Positions 12,306 to 28,037 are shown, numbered from the stretch's first letter. The stretch is DNA of 64,000 nucleotides from Vermamoeba vermiformis (GCA_045837725.1 JBEWZL010000243.1:186001-250000), one strand, 5' to 3'. Notes: a model not told the origin generated them from the letters alone. A program made the numbers and translations.

Positions 12306-14946
12306 ATGAGCTCGCTAGTCTTCGAAACCTCCTTGGTTAATACAGAAGGCTACGACACGATCCGAAAAGGAGAAAATGTTCCTCTTCGCGACCTAGACAA
12401 CTTTGTATTCTATACTAAGCGAAAGAAGGGCACAAGATTCGTCAGCATTGAGGACATTGAAGAAGGCGAGCCGATCTATGGCAGAGGAAGACTAATGCCC
12501 AAGAAGGGAACGAATAAGTCACTAAGTAATTATTTTAAATATTATTATATTGCAATGAAAGATTTAGAGGATTTTTCTGACTTATTTGGATTTCCTAAAT
12601 CCTTGAATAACCCTCAGTCCATTCATAAAAATTTGCAAGTTACTTATAAATCATCCTTTATATTCACATGCTTATAAGAAGCTTTAAAACCTAATTAGTA
12701 CATTTTTGGATGCACTACGGAACATTAGAGGATCCTACTCCATTTTACTGCTGATTCATTAAATTCATAACATTGATGAATTAATTCATCAGACCGTAAA
12801 TATATCTTTTTTCAAAGTGTTGAGCAAGCTAATTAACATTAAACTGACTTGCCTTTTTAGGAGCAATCGAAATTGAACTGGACATCTTAGACTCGTGGGC
12901 CTTAGAATTCTGCGATAAGCTGGAGGATTCGGGCGTATGGATTAAAACGAACTACGGCTGGTATGCGTCCAATCTCATATTTAACACGTCTTTCGTAACA
13001 TACTCATCATCTTTTAGGTATCGTTTATTAAACCCTGTGCCTGAATATAAGTTCTTATATGAAGATTTACACGCACGGTGCGTAAAAATTAACGTTAATT
13101 TTAAAATTGGCTATTAATAGTAGCAACTGCTGACACGTTTTGCCTCAGGTTCGAAATTACGCTTAAAGTGTTTGCAGTGCTTGTCGGACCTAATGGCTCC
13201 AACATGCTGTTCAAAGATATGGCGCGAGAGGTGCGTTGTTGCAATTAAAATCTTTTTCAGAATTTAGAAACTGACTGCCAAATTTAGCTCAAAGCTCGGC
13301 ACGGAATTACGGACAAAGAGCTAATTGATAACGCACAATTTATTGCAAAACATTTACGTTCAGTGGAGAGACTTGATCGATATGGCTTCGTCCGATCATT
13401 GGTACGTTACTACATATGTATAACAAAATCTTTTAATGGTTTTTAATCCATCCGAACAGGAAATTACGCATGCTTTTTACCACAAAGGGCTTTACAAATT
13501 AGGCTCAGCGTACACAAGTAAGAAGAAGCGAACGTTCAACGATGTCAAGGCTGAATCAAGTCGCGCCAAGCGTTCTAATATGAATTTGAATGTCGAGAAG
13601 CACGCGGATGACAGCTCTGATTCAGAAGAGCACTCAAAAACAAAGCGACGCAAGATAACGCACCATACTAACAATACACCCACGAACAACCTCTTCGTTA
13701 CCAAATCGCGCCAATGTAAGTTAGCGTCTTAATTTCCTTAAAAGGAAATTTTACTTAAATCAATTTTCAGACCACGGCGTTAAGGATTACTCGACCATTC
13801 CGCAACGATATTTATCCGAGGACAAAAAGAGCTTGCGCTGCTTTGTCTGCGATCACACGATGCGCGTTGAAGACATCGAACAATATGTCAAACACGTCAC
13901 TAAGCACAGGTCTAATCTCGTCGGCGAGATGCTCGATAAAGATCGCGTTGTAAGTGAATCACACGTGTCTCCCTCTAAGCTACTAATCTAACCCTGCTGT
14001 AGGTCTTCCGATTGCAGAGCTTCATCAACCAAACAAGAGTTCGAAGTTTTATCGAAACAAGTCTAGCCACTGACACGCCAATGAGCGAAGACGTTGCCTC
14101 ACCACTCGTTGATTTGCCGTCTCAAATCGATATGACGATGAAAGCACGAAAGCGAAGAAACTTTTATGTATGTGTGATGTTGTCGTACCAGACATTTGTT
14201 GACATTACGCTTAGGTCGATGAACGCCCCGCAATTAGTCAAGTATTCGAGGTTGAGCATCAGCCATTGTACAATGAATTTCATCGTGAAGAAGAGATTGA
14301 AGAGATGGTCGTGGACTCGAGCTCTAATTACAAAACAGTACCCACCAGCAATCGCTATGGCGACATTAGTGAGGCTCAGGAGTTTGAAGAAGAAATTGTT
14401 GATGAGGACGATGAGGACTACGAACAGAAACATGTGTATGTGCCCTATTCACGCGATGAGGAAGACGAGGACGAGGATGATGAGGACGAGGACGAGGACT
14501 TTCATTACAAGCCAAAGACCAAACCCAAGCCGAAACGCAGATCTGGTTCCCGAGCAGCTCAGCGTCGCTTTGCTTCAGCACAGCAGTTAGAAAAAGAACG
14601 ACAGAAGCGCGAGCAAAAAGAAAACAATCGTGCGATTGAAGCGTTGGAAATTCTCGTGGCACGCGAGATCCTCGACGCCGTGGAGACGTTGCCAGCGATT
14701 GAAATGAACCGAGAGGCCACGCTGCGCCAAGACCTCTCCATGTTGCTCCTGCCTTCGAGTCATTGTACCATATCGCCTGCTGCAGGTCATATGACCAACG
14801 AGTCGAACATGAGCAATGACAGTAACAGCGAGATCGAGTCCAGAAAGAACTCCTTGGAAGGTGCTACTGAAGACATTAATGCACTAAGGAAAGGCAATAA
14901 CTCGCCTAATATCGCTCTTTGTAACGAGGTGATGGTGAAGCAGTAA
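12306..14946 (+). CDS. Nuclear protein with DNMT1-type RFTS (replication-foci) domain, C2H2-like zinc finger and acidic tail; no methyltransferase domain
   Basis: Spliced LRDLDNFVFY...IYGRGRL...ILDSWALEF...GVWIKTNYGWYRLLNPVPEYKFLY resembles DNMT1-RFD. CFVC-x12-HVTKH near 13840-13907. NLS-like KRRK and poly-acidic tract. Confidence 0.65.
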
Positions 14947-15165
14947 GATTCTGAGGTCTGAATCCCGATCTAAAATTGTAAATAGCGGATAAACAATTGT
15001 ACAGTGCCACTTGTTGGCATGCCTTAATTTATACCAGGGTCATGGTTCCTATAATTGGTTTTTGGTCGTTCCTCAATTCTTGGGAGGCAGCCGTGAAATG
15101 CGAACGAATTATTTTTTACCTACCATTTATAACAGGTAGCACCGATCAACAAATAGATATTCAAC

Positions 15166-16883
15166 ATGGTTGACTGGGGTAAGTCCTCTTGTCTTTAAAT
15201 TTTGCTTCAGCCTATTTATTAACGTTTGATCTCGTCTAGATCGGTTCTTCGAATATAGCACCGTTAAGGTAACCAATCTTTTATTCATGTGGCTGCTTTA
15301 AAATTTGAATTACAACAGCGGTTAATTTTTATTTTGACGATTCCCCCAAGATCCGATCCACCCTAAAGTCACCTACAATTGTTCTCATTAATTATTTGTC
15401 CTAGAATTATCTTATTTATTATTAATGATAAATTAATTCTTTGCTTCCATTTAGGTTGTCAAAATACGAGATGCCAGACTTGGCATTCTGCATTACGCAT
15501 TTATGTTATTAATTTTGGCTTATGTCGCTGGATACACTATTATTTATCGCCAACGTTACTTATTAACCGAAGTTCCTGTTGGTTCGGTCCGGATGTCATT
15601 ACTGGCAGTAAGTTAATCGATTATTTCTAATTACATAATTTTAAACATTAATTTAGCCCCAAAATCGTACTCCTGCCACAGAACTACCATTTTGCATCAA
15701 TTCATCACTGCCGTATCAATACACCAAGCACAACTGCGCTTACTGGGATGCGGATCTTGTCGTGTAAGTGTTGTCCTTACTGAGACTAACATTCGCACAA
15801 TACTAATATCCTCTTCAGATACCCGACAGCAGAAGACAAGGCAATGCTAGCTGCCACACGTGTCACATTGCTGAACGAGACATTTGAGTGCGAACTTGAG
15901 GACTACACCTGTCACGCGACATCACACACTGTGGACACGATTTACATCCCTGACATTGAGCGCTTCACTGTGAGTATAATAATTCCTATATTTCTATATT
16001 CTAATGCATTGTAATGTAGCTTATGATCGACCATACTGTCGTGGCACCCAAGTCGGGATTTCAACGCAATGGCGCGCAAATGACAGGCACGTTGTACGAT
16101 CAATATCACCAGAAAATGGAATATTCTGCACCCAACACTGTCGGTGAGATTGGCAAGCCTGACATTATGGAGATTAGCCTCTTGTTGAAGGCCGCTGGAG
16201 TGGACTCATTGGACACCCTCAGTAAGCATTATATGACATATATTAGAACTCCCGTATTAATTTCTGTGTAGCCGAGGACACTGCTAAATCAAATGACTCC
16301 AAGCGATACGATGGCATGGTGATGATGGTGTTTTTGAGCTATTCAAATCAGTACTCGTACAATCTTTACGACATTCGCTACGAGTACCGCGTGACACTCG
16401 TGAAAGACACTGAATACAAAGCTCGTCAGCCGATCTACACCAAGAAGTACGAGAACAGATTCGTGTTCAATCGTCACGGCATTCGTATCATTGTGTTGCA
16501 AGTTGGAACCATTGGCAACTTCGACTTCCAAACGCTTTTGATCAACGTACGTGAAAATGTTATTCGCAGATTGACACAACTAACATCCCTCATTATCTAT
16601 AGGTTGTGTCGGGCTTTGGTTTGTTGGCCGTCGCTACATTCAGTAAGTACCTATGACACGTGTCCATATCTTTCACGAACTAAAGTGTCAATCAATAGTT
16701 GTTGACACGTTGGCCACGAAGTTGCTGCCGAACAAGAAGGCCTACAACGCTTACAAATATCAAACAACCGTGGAGTTTAACTCGCGAGCTGTCAAGGGCA
16801 ACTTGGTTCGTATTCAAAAAGATGACGACGATGCTAAGATCTACGAGGTCATTGGCGAAAAACGACCCTTACTTGAACAATAA
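15166..16883 (+). CDS. P2X purinoceptor (Dictyostelium-type ATP-gated cation channel)
   Basis: MVDWDRFFEYSTVKVVKIRDARLGILHY (YxTxK motif plus TM1), EVPVGSVR, FTLMIDHT, RHGIRI...GNFDFQTLLINVVSGFGLLAVATFIVD (TM2), C-terminal YxxxK (YNAYK). Confidence 0.9.
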
Positions 16884-16973
16884 GCTGTTCAATTGAGTTG
16901 TTTTGACTGCAATAAATGCGACCTTTTCTCGCGAATGGTAAAGAAAGTTATTTACATGAGTTGTTATGCTACA

Positions 16974-19170
16974 TTACAAGGCAGTACTAGCGCCGAGTTC
17001 GAATTCGGGCTCGGGTTCAGGTGCAGTGAGGACAGCCACGTCAGGGATTTGCGGTGTGCGTGCTGAAGGTGATGCGACATATAATTCGTGACGAGACTTG
17101 TTGTGTTGAGCACCGAGTTTGCTATTAGAGGGAAAATCAATGAACAGATCCTGTGATATGTACGAAATGATGACTTACAGTAACAACTCGCTGTGCTTCT
17201 CTCTGTTGAGTGTGTAGCCGAATGAGAGCAGCCAACAAAACACCATGGCCCCGAGAGTGATGAAGCAGAACAAGCAGCGAATCAACAGCTTCACTTCCTC
17301 GGTCTGTGTGTCGCCTGAGACATAGCCCTCCAAGTCGAGCACGTAGCCCACGACCCACGCAGCAACAGCTTGAACAATGGACTGCGAGGTCTCCATCACT
17401 GAGAACATGAGGCCCTCGCTCTTGGCGTGCAGCTTCAATTGCGCGTAGTCCGTGACATCAGCCATCATGGCATTGGGCATGGTAAATGTCAACGCCTGTC
17501 CGATGCCTGCAAAGCCAGCGATAGGGTAGATCATGTACCTGGCCCAGTCTGCCGTCGTGCCCGCACTCGGAATGAAGAAGTACGCCACTGCCACCATGGC
17601 GTAGACGAAGCAACCGGCGTTAAAGAACGTTCTCTTTTCGAATTTCTTGGAGATCTTTGACACGACGATGACTGTGGTGACCATCATTGCCATCTGCACG
17701 ATCAACAGCAGTGAAAAGTACTCGAGCTCAAAGCCCACTACGTGCACTACGTAGAGCGGCAAGAGCGACTGTGCCACTGAATTGACGAGCTGTGCGAATG
17801 TGTACATGAACACGACGAGCACGAAGGGTGGAATGCGCGACAATTGACCGAGCTTGATGCAGTTAGAGGCTGCAGGCACGTCATCTTCTTCTTCGAACAG
17901 CTGTGCTGGAGTTAGACCACATGATTGTACTAACATGAGGGCGTGTGACTTACACTAGGGTCCTCAACTGTCGTGCCATATGACACGAAGCTACCAATGA
18001 AGGTTGCTACAATAGGAAACGCAGCGATAATAACGTAGGTCCAGTCACTCAACTGCACTGCGAATGGTGTCTCGGGGAAGAATTTGAAGACTAAATAGGC
18101 GTACACGACGACCAACAGCATGCCCTGTCAATGGAACGCGTCAGATCTGCACTAGCACCACGCTGCGGGATTTGATCGGAAGTTATATATGAACGATGAT
18201 AGAGCACGTACCAAGAATGAGAAGACTGAGCGCGATGACGACAATTTCATACGCAGATCGTAGTCAGACGTCATGTCTGGGGCCAGTGCACTGTGCGGAA
18301 TGTTCACCACCGTGATCACAAAGTTGTACAAGAACACAAAGATGAAATAATACGCTGTGCGCCATTGTGAGGGCCAGGACTCGGGGACTTGGACCCATAT
18401 TGCAAAGATAAGGCAGAAAAAGAACATAGATCCGGCAATGATGAACGGTCTTCGTCGTCCTCGTGAATTCTCTGTTTTATCGGACCAAATGCCGACTCCA
18501 AAGCCGCCAAAGACTTGTACTATTTGCCCGCCTAGTAAAGTACTGTATTAGCTCATACGAAACTTTACGAATGTACCGGAACGAAACTATCTGTTAAGGC
18601 GTCTAAAATCCTTTCGGATAGACGGCACTATATTGTCTTAAATAAGACCATCGTATATGTGTTGCTATATTTTGTTATTATGTACAATTCTTAATCTTTA
18701 CGGTCCGATCGACCGTTTCGTTTAAAGTTCGTAGAGTCGTATATAATTACCTGCTTGTATTAACCCTGCGTAGAATGCTGTAATCAAAGCAGTGTCCAAT
18801 AAGAATTGAAGGTAATATGTGTTGACAAACGTATCACTCGAAAATATTCCTAATGAAACCGCTCCATAGCCAAAAGCTGCAACAAAATAATTAATAAAAA
18901 TGATTGACAATGTATGATAGATAAATTGTTCATTGTAATAAATAAAAATTGGACAGATCCGCAAAATAGAAATTCAAAAATTATTTAACCGTTCAATTTA
19001 GGCGAGTTGTAACAATTATTATTGCTTATATTTGCAAAAATATTAATTATTTTACCTAATCTTCGCGAAATACGGGGCTTTGACTCCGATCTGGCCATGC
19101 GACCAGACGGTTTTTCAGACACAAGATCTGTGTTGCTTGCCAGCAACGTTGGATCACGATCAGTACTCAT
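16974..19170 (-). CDS. MFS transporter, GPH/melibiose (MFSD2-like) family
   Basis: GIWSDKTENSRGRRRPFI, VNIPHSALAPDMTSDYDLRMKLSSSR, PNAMMADVTDY...EGLMFS; many TM segments. ATG 19170, TAA 16974. Confidence 0.88.
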
Positions 19171-19348
19171 CCAGGCTACACTAGTACTGACTTTGATCTC
19201 CAGCTCGAACTAATAAATATGATTGTTACGCATTTGTGTAAGCGGGAAAAAAATAAGCGGGAATGATTCGCCCCGAACGGGAATTTAATTAAATTAAATT
19301 ACGCATCAACGATTCGATCACGGTATGTTAAAAGTGTTGGTTTGTTAT

Positions 19349-21168
19349 TTATTTTGTCTTCGGGGACTTGCCAGGGGTCTTGACAGGTGTTTTGGCAGGA
19401 GTTTTCTTGATCTCAGTGCCGTTCTTGGCGGGGGTCTTGTTGGGGGTTTTAACGGGTGTCTTTGCGCTCTCTTTGGCCGGCGTGGCTGCAGGACTCTTCT
19501 TCTCGACCTTGGCAGGTGTGGCTGCGGGACTCTTCTTGGCAGGGGTTGTTTCCTTGGCAGGAGTGGTGACAGGTGTCTTCACGGCCTTTTCGCTGCTCTC
19601 TTTGGCAGGAGTCGTTGCAGGGCTCTTCTTCTCGGCCTTAGCAGGGGTAGCTTCCTTGGCAGGAGTCTTGGCAGGGGTCTTAACTTGACCGTTAGTGGCG
19701 GCCTTGGCTGGAGTAGACTCTTGCGACTTGGCTGGAGACTTGGCAGGCGACTTCTCTTGAGTCTTTTTAGCGGGTGTGGTCGCAGGGCTCTTCTTCTCGG
19801 CCTTAGCAGGGGTCTTGACAGGTGTCTTCACGGGCTTGACTTGTTCTTCAGGCTCTTCACGTCGCTGCTCTCGCTGTCACTTTCGTAACCAAATTGAATC
19901 TTCTTGGGCACTTTATTGGCTTGTGCGGCCTGTTTAATGATTAGTAACCACGCATGCCTAACAAATTTGTCAACGTACAAAGCCCGGGAAATCATAGTCA
20001 ATACCGAGTTCCTTTAACTTGGCTCTCTTCTTTTCTTCTGCTTTTAACAATTTCGCGATGTTTCTGTCGATTTGCTCGGCTGTTTTAGGCTACGACAATA
20101 AAAAGTTAATCACAGCTCGGCCAACTAAATAGTGTTGTAACTCATTTTGACGCACCTTGTTGTATTCTCTTCTGGCTGTCAGGCGTGTAGGAGCAGGTCT
20201 CAAGCCCAATCGTCTGTTAGCGCCCAAGAACAAAGTAGGCTTCACGTCCTTCGGGTCCATCAGCTTGGACACCATGCGTTTGCCGAACATCATGTATCTG
20301 AAAAATTATTAGACCTAACTCGCGATTTACATTGAATACTTACCCGTCCATAGTGTCAGCAGCGATGGCAGCTACTTCGCGCTCCAAAAACTCGACGAAT
20401 CCGTAATGACGTGATCGACCAGTCTTGGGGTTACGTGAGACACGCACACGAGTGACAGTGCCAAACTGTGAAAAGAAGCCCTTCAACTGTTGCTCGAAGA
20501 AACCGAACGGTAAGTGTCCAATATATATAACACCGCGACCATCATCGTCAACCGCTTCTTGTTCCTCGTCAGAGTTGGATTTTGTTTGCTTCTTGGTGTT
20601 CTGATCGGATCGCAAAATTAAAATCATACAAACGGACAAAATGATATAATATATTTTCTAAATTAATATTGATCGAGGAATTTACGAACCTGCAGCTTTT
20701 GTAACTTCTCATCTATACTTTGTTTTGTTTTACGATCCACTCTGATTTCCAAATTACCCAATTGAAAATCGTCATCTCCATTACCATTCATATTTGCATC
20801 TGAAATACTGAGTTCGCTATCACTGTCATTGTTTGCCCAATCTTGATCGTGATTCGATCCGTTGAGCTCGTCGAGCTCTTTATCTTTTATCTTCTTGGCT
20901 GCTTTATTGTTATTATTTACTGGAGTTTGTTTTTTAGCCTTTTTAATCACTTGTCCAACTTCGTCTGAGGGATTCGTCTAAGATGGCCATTAGAAAAATT
21001 CCTAAATTAATTTAACCAACAGAACATACCTCGTCCAATGTTCTCTTCTTGCCTACGACGGCTAATAACAAAAAATACGTTAGTTTATGACAATTTAAAA
21101 CAGTCGATCGCGATTAGCTTTTCGGACAGATCGTCCGCAAACTTGCCTTTCTTTCCCTTAGTTGCCAT
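19349..21168 (-). CDS. NIFK: Nucleolar RRM protein NIFK/Nop15 with Lys/Pro-rich TPAK-repeat C-terminal tail
   Basis: [49 protein letters not shown]...AADTMDGYMMFGK, and ...[16 protein letters not shown] 21168; first intron is GC-AG. Confidence 0.88.
19355..19835 (-). repeat. Degenerate tandem repeats encoding (T/S)PAK / TPVK units
   Basis: More than 20 [ST]PxK units; duplicated block gggctcttcttctcggccttagcaggggt near 19620 and 19785. Confidence 0.85.
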
Positions 21169-21655
21169 TATTACTTGTTATTAGGCTCGTGTATTAGTAT
21201 GTTCAAGGTCAGGAACAAAATAAGCGTCACGCCGATTTTACTTTTAATTTCTATCAAACACAGATGATCAGACCACCGCGTTAAATGTTTCGAAAAAACA
21301 ACTATCGTGAGCAAAAATCATATTTGTGAATGCACCAGTACCCAACTAAACAATCAGTCCCAGTTAACGATGCAATTTTTTCCAACCAACGAGTTTTTTT
21401 TTTTTTTGCCTAGTCCTGGCTGGTACCAGTCCAAGGAGCAACGTGCTTCGTTTACCTATTATCTTATAGTCTAATAAATTGTAAACGTAAACTGAATAAT
21501 ATTGATGTTTCACCTTTGCGGAGCTCGTGTCTGACACATAATACCTCGTGACGGAGAAAAGGAGTTGTAAAAAATACTCGTTGACTCATTATTTCATTTC
21601 AATACCAACGAGCACCGCACAACTTGCGACCTATTTGTTTGTGCATTTAATAACG

Positions 21656-24338
<2,683 letters not shown>

Positions 24339-24573
24339 GTCGATCCAGTAAAAATATACAGTAGGCACGGTATTTAATGAATACGCCATCCATCCACATT
24401 GTAAATAAACGCCAATGATTCTATATTTCATGATAGTGTCTTTTCGTGCATCATTCAAAAGGCACGTGCTGTTTCAGTTCTGTTAGCAAAATTTTACGAA
24501 GTAAAGCTTTTGAATTCGAACTTTATTTATTGAATCAAACACCACATCACAGGTTAATACTATCCGTATAGTG

Positions 24574-27064
24574 ATGAGTTATCCTAACTGGAACCCAAAT
24601 CAACAATTACAAGGAGGATCACCTTACCCTCAAGCGCATAATCCGCGTCCTCAACAACCCCAATACCCACAACAACCTCCTCAACAATATCAACAACAAC
24701 AATATCAACAGCAACAATACCCACCTCAGCAACCACAAGGTCAACCAACACAATTTCCCAATAATGGACCTTTCGGTGGAAATCCTTACACGCAGCCCAA
24801 TCCGAATGTCAATGCGCATTTACAGCCTCAACAACCACACCAACAACCTCATTCTCCACAAAATATTCACCCTACACCCCATGTAGCTCCAAACACAGGC
24901 AGCGGAATGCAATCTCAAGCTCCAGTGCGTGTTTTGCCTACCGGTGGTCCTGCTAATTTGAAACGTCCTGGGTAAGTGATGTATATTCATTTATGATTTA
25001 TACGCATTATAACAGAATTTTAAAAATTATTAAAAATTGAAATTGCGAATTAATGACACTTATTTTCAGATCGACTGTAATCCATACTGATAAGACCGAG
25101 TCTGGTGGCCATCACAGCTTTTCGGAGGCAGAAGTCACAGCTTTTAGAGAGCATATTAATGAGGTCTTGGCAAACGATGCTCGCCTGCAACACGCGATCC
25201 CACTCAAAACCTCGGACGAATTTTTCTCTGCAGCCTCTGAAGGCCTCTTATTCTGGTAAGTTCGCTGAAATCATATTTGAGCATGCTTATTAATTCGTAT
25301 TTAGTCAATATGTAAATGCTATCAAGCCCGGTACCATTCCTGAAAAGCTGATCTGTTTCAAACCCAATCCAAACACTTTCGAGAAGACTCAAAACCACAA
25401 TTTAGCTATTGAAGGCTTGAAGAGTCTTGGCTTCCCCTTAGTTAATATTGGTCCTTCGGATCTTTTGAACGGGACCGTACGTGATCAATGAAGTGTAAGA
25501 CGAACCCGCTAATTCTTACATTAATAGAAACACTTGATTCTCGGTATGACTTGGCAAGCAGTCAAGGTATGTAATATTCCATTCAACGAATAAGAAGCTG
25601 GAAACAAATATTTGCGAAGTTTACTCGATATTTCGAGCAACAAATTTTGCGTACTAATCTGACCGAGCGAGTGATTGACCATAATATACTAGGCTGGATT
25701 ATTCTCCAAGTTGAACGTTAAGGATCACCCTGAAATGATTGCACTGATGAACCAAAACGAGGATTTGAACAAGTTTTTGACCTTGACTCCCGAAGACAGT
25801 CTGTTCCGCTGGTTCAACTGGCACTTGAGAAATGCTGGTGTGCCTCGCAATGTACGTATAGAGTACTATTCATACATGTTGCCACGAGCTAATGGTAACG
25901 CTGCAGGTCAACAACTTCACCACCGATATCAAGGACGGTGAAGCTTATTTGGGCCTCATGTCCCAGCTTGCCCCGCACATTGTGTCACGCGCGATGTTGG
26001 TCGAACGCGATCCTCGTCGCCGTGCTGAGATGGTCATTAGTGCTGCCACCCAAATGGGCTGCAACAAGTTCGTTACTAAGCCTGAAGACATTCTCGAGGT
26101 ACGTGCATTCAGTAAATTAAGAGTACGCCAGCATGGACCTAATCACTCTGCAGCCTAACCCTAAATTGAACTTGGCTTTCGCTGCCAATTTGTTCAACAA
26201 ATACCCTGGTATCGATGTGTCCAAGTACGACGAAATGCAAAAAGTAAGCATCCACTAAGCGTTTCATATCACAGTTGACTAATAGATGACAGCGTGCCTT
26301 GCACGAAGCAGAACAACGCATGCGCGAACAAGTTGCACGTGAAGAAGAAGAGCGTCGTCGCCGATGGGAAATGGAAGAACGCGCCAGACAACAGTACGTT
26401 AAGCCGTTATATCGCGACTCGTAGTAACTCTTGTAATAGACGATGGGCCCAAGAGGATCAAATGCGTCAACAAGAAATGCAACGTCATCAAGAACAGCTT
26501 CGCATGCAACAACAAGACTTGGCGCGCAGGCAGCAAGAAGAACAAGCACGCCTCGCCGAACAACAGCGACAAATGCAAATGGAACAGGACAGACTGCGAC
26601 AACAACAAGAGCAGATCAGAATGCAGCAGCAACAAGATGAGCAGCGTCGTCGTATGGAGGATGAGCAGCGCCGTCGCATGGAAGAAGAACAGCGCATGCG
26701 TATGATGACACAACCACCTCCCATGACCCAGCCCATGATGACACAACCGCCACCAATGATGATGACGCAACCACCTCCCATGGCACAACCGATGATGACG
26801 CAGCCCATGATGACTGTCGTGCCCACTGCTACTTCCATGCCTCCTTCAATGATGGGCGTGATGCAAACAACTGTCTACAGTCCGCCTCCCCCTCAAATGG
26901 TCGTTCGTACAGTCACCACGCAGTACCAGATCAACTGCTGGTGTTGCCGTAGAAGCTTCGATGCCCCTCCTGGCATCGTTCAAGCCGTGTGCCCGTTCTG
27001 TCGCTCGTTGAATAAGGCCACTGGTCCTTCGCAAACTACGACGGTGGTGCAACAGCGCTATTAA
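24574..27064 (+). CDS. Fimbrin/plastin-type actin-binding (CH-CH) protein with P/Q-rich N-terminus, coiled coil, PPM-rich region and C-terminal zinc ribbon
   Basis: HSFSEAEVTAFREHINEVL, LVNIGPSDLLNGTKHLILGMTWQ, LTPEDSLFRWFNWHL, VNNFTTDIKDGEAY, NPKLNLAFAANLFNKYPG form fimbrin ABD1. C-terminus CWCC-x14-CPFC. Confidence 0.85.
26700..26815 (+). repeat. Coding repeat MTQPPP/MTQPM
   Basis: Repeated atgac(a/c/g)ca(a/g)cc units seen directly. Confidence 0.7.
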
Positions 27065-27363
27065 CGTTAATTTGTGGAATAGTTTTTTTGTAGATAAACT
27101 TAGCTGCGAACCCGAGTCGCAGTAAATTTGTTAGAAAATAGTTCTGTGGTGCTTGTTTCGTTCGCTAAATTCTTTTATCTTGTTTTGGTAAGATTATACT
27201 CCAGGTCATATCTCGGCTTCGCAGGAGATATTTTTCCATTTTGCAGCCCTGGTTGATCGAACCAAATAAACAAACGTTATTTTACTTGCACTCTCAAACA
27301 AGGAGATACAAAACAACGCCCCTTTTTGTATTCAGTAGATTTACATAGTCAAACAATTCAGCA

Positions 27364-28037
27364 ATGTCGGCGTTGGTGTTGAGGATAAAATTTCCCCCAA
27401 CCTACCCTCTGATTTACAAAACTCTCCGAGTCGATGCACAGTTTACCGTCAATGAAGCTGTTAAATATATTGCCCAAACTGTAAATGTCAGCCAATTGCT
27501 TGTTGGAACAGAAGGATTATTTGTGCCGGATGAAAAACGTTGGCTCGAGGATGACAAACCCTTAAAAGAATTTCCTAGCTTGCAAGACGTGGTATGTATT
27601 TAAATAATACACCAATATTACGTAGTAATTTATATGTATCAAATTTGAATTATTACGGCGCATAATTTGACTTGGGTTGGAGTTTCGTTTTCATCTAACA
27701 ACGGATTTTAATTTGTAACCGACAAATTTGCTTGAACTCGTTTTCAATATCTATTACAAATACGAGAATGATTATTTACACATTTCCCCCTCTTAATTAA
27801 TTATCTCTCACTTTGTGACCGTTTTTTGTTAAATCGCATTCGTATCCTTTTTTTCTCACCGAAACCAACCCGCGCCCGAAAATTACCAACCAACGGTTTT
27901 AATAGCGTATATTAATAACTTCCTATTCAATACAGGAACATATTGAATTTAAAGATAAAAATGCAGCCGAAACCGACACCAACACGAAAACTGGCGGTGA
28001 TAAAGAATCAAGCGGCTGCAACTGCGTAATTGCATAA
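27364..28037 (+). CDS. Small ubiquitin-fold (talin F0/FERM-N-like) protein with C-terminal CaaX
   Basis: Exon 1 MSALVLRIKFP...KTLRVDAQFTVNEAV...GLFVPDEKRWLEDDKPL; intron about 27592-27935; exon 2 EHIEFKDK...SSGCNCVIA*. Confidence 0.75.

Noticed and set aside
12774-12791. 18-bp palindrome TGATGAATTAATTCATCA in an intron; possible snoRNA box C
   Set aside because: AT-rich palindromes are common here, and I could not support a box C/D pair with a terminal stem and guide.
19325-19888. Gly/Leu-rich hydrophobic plus-strand ORFs
   Set aside because: Antisense of the TPAK repeats of NIFK.
27840-27852. GTATCCTTT perfect U12 donor word
   Set aside because: Lies inside an ordinary intron with no open exon upstream.
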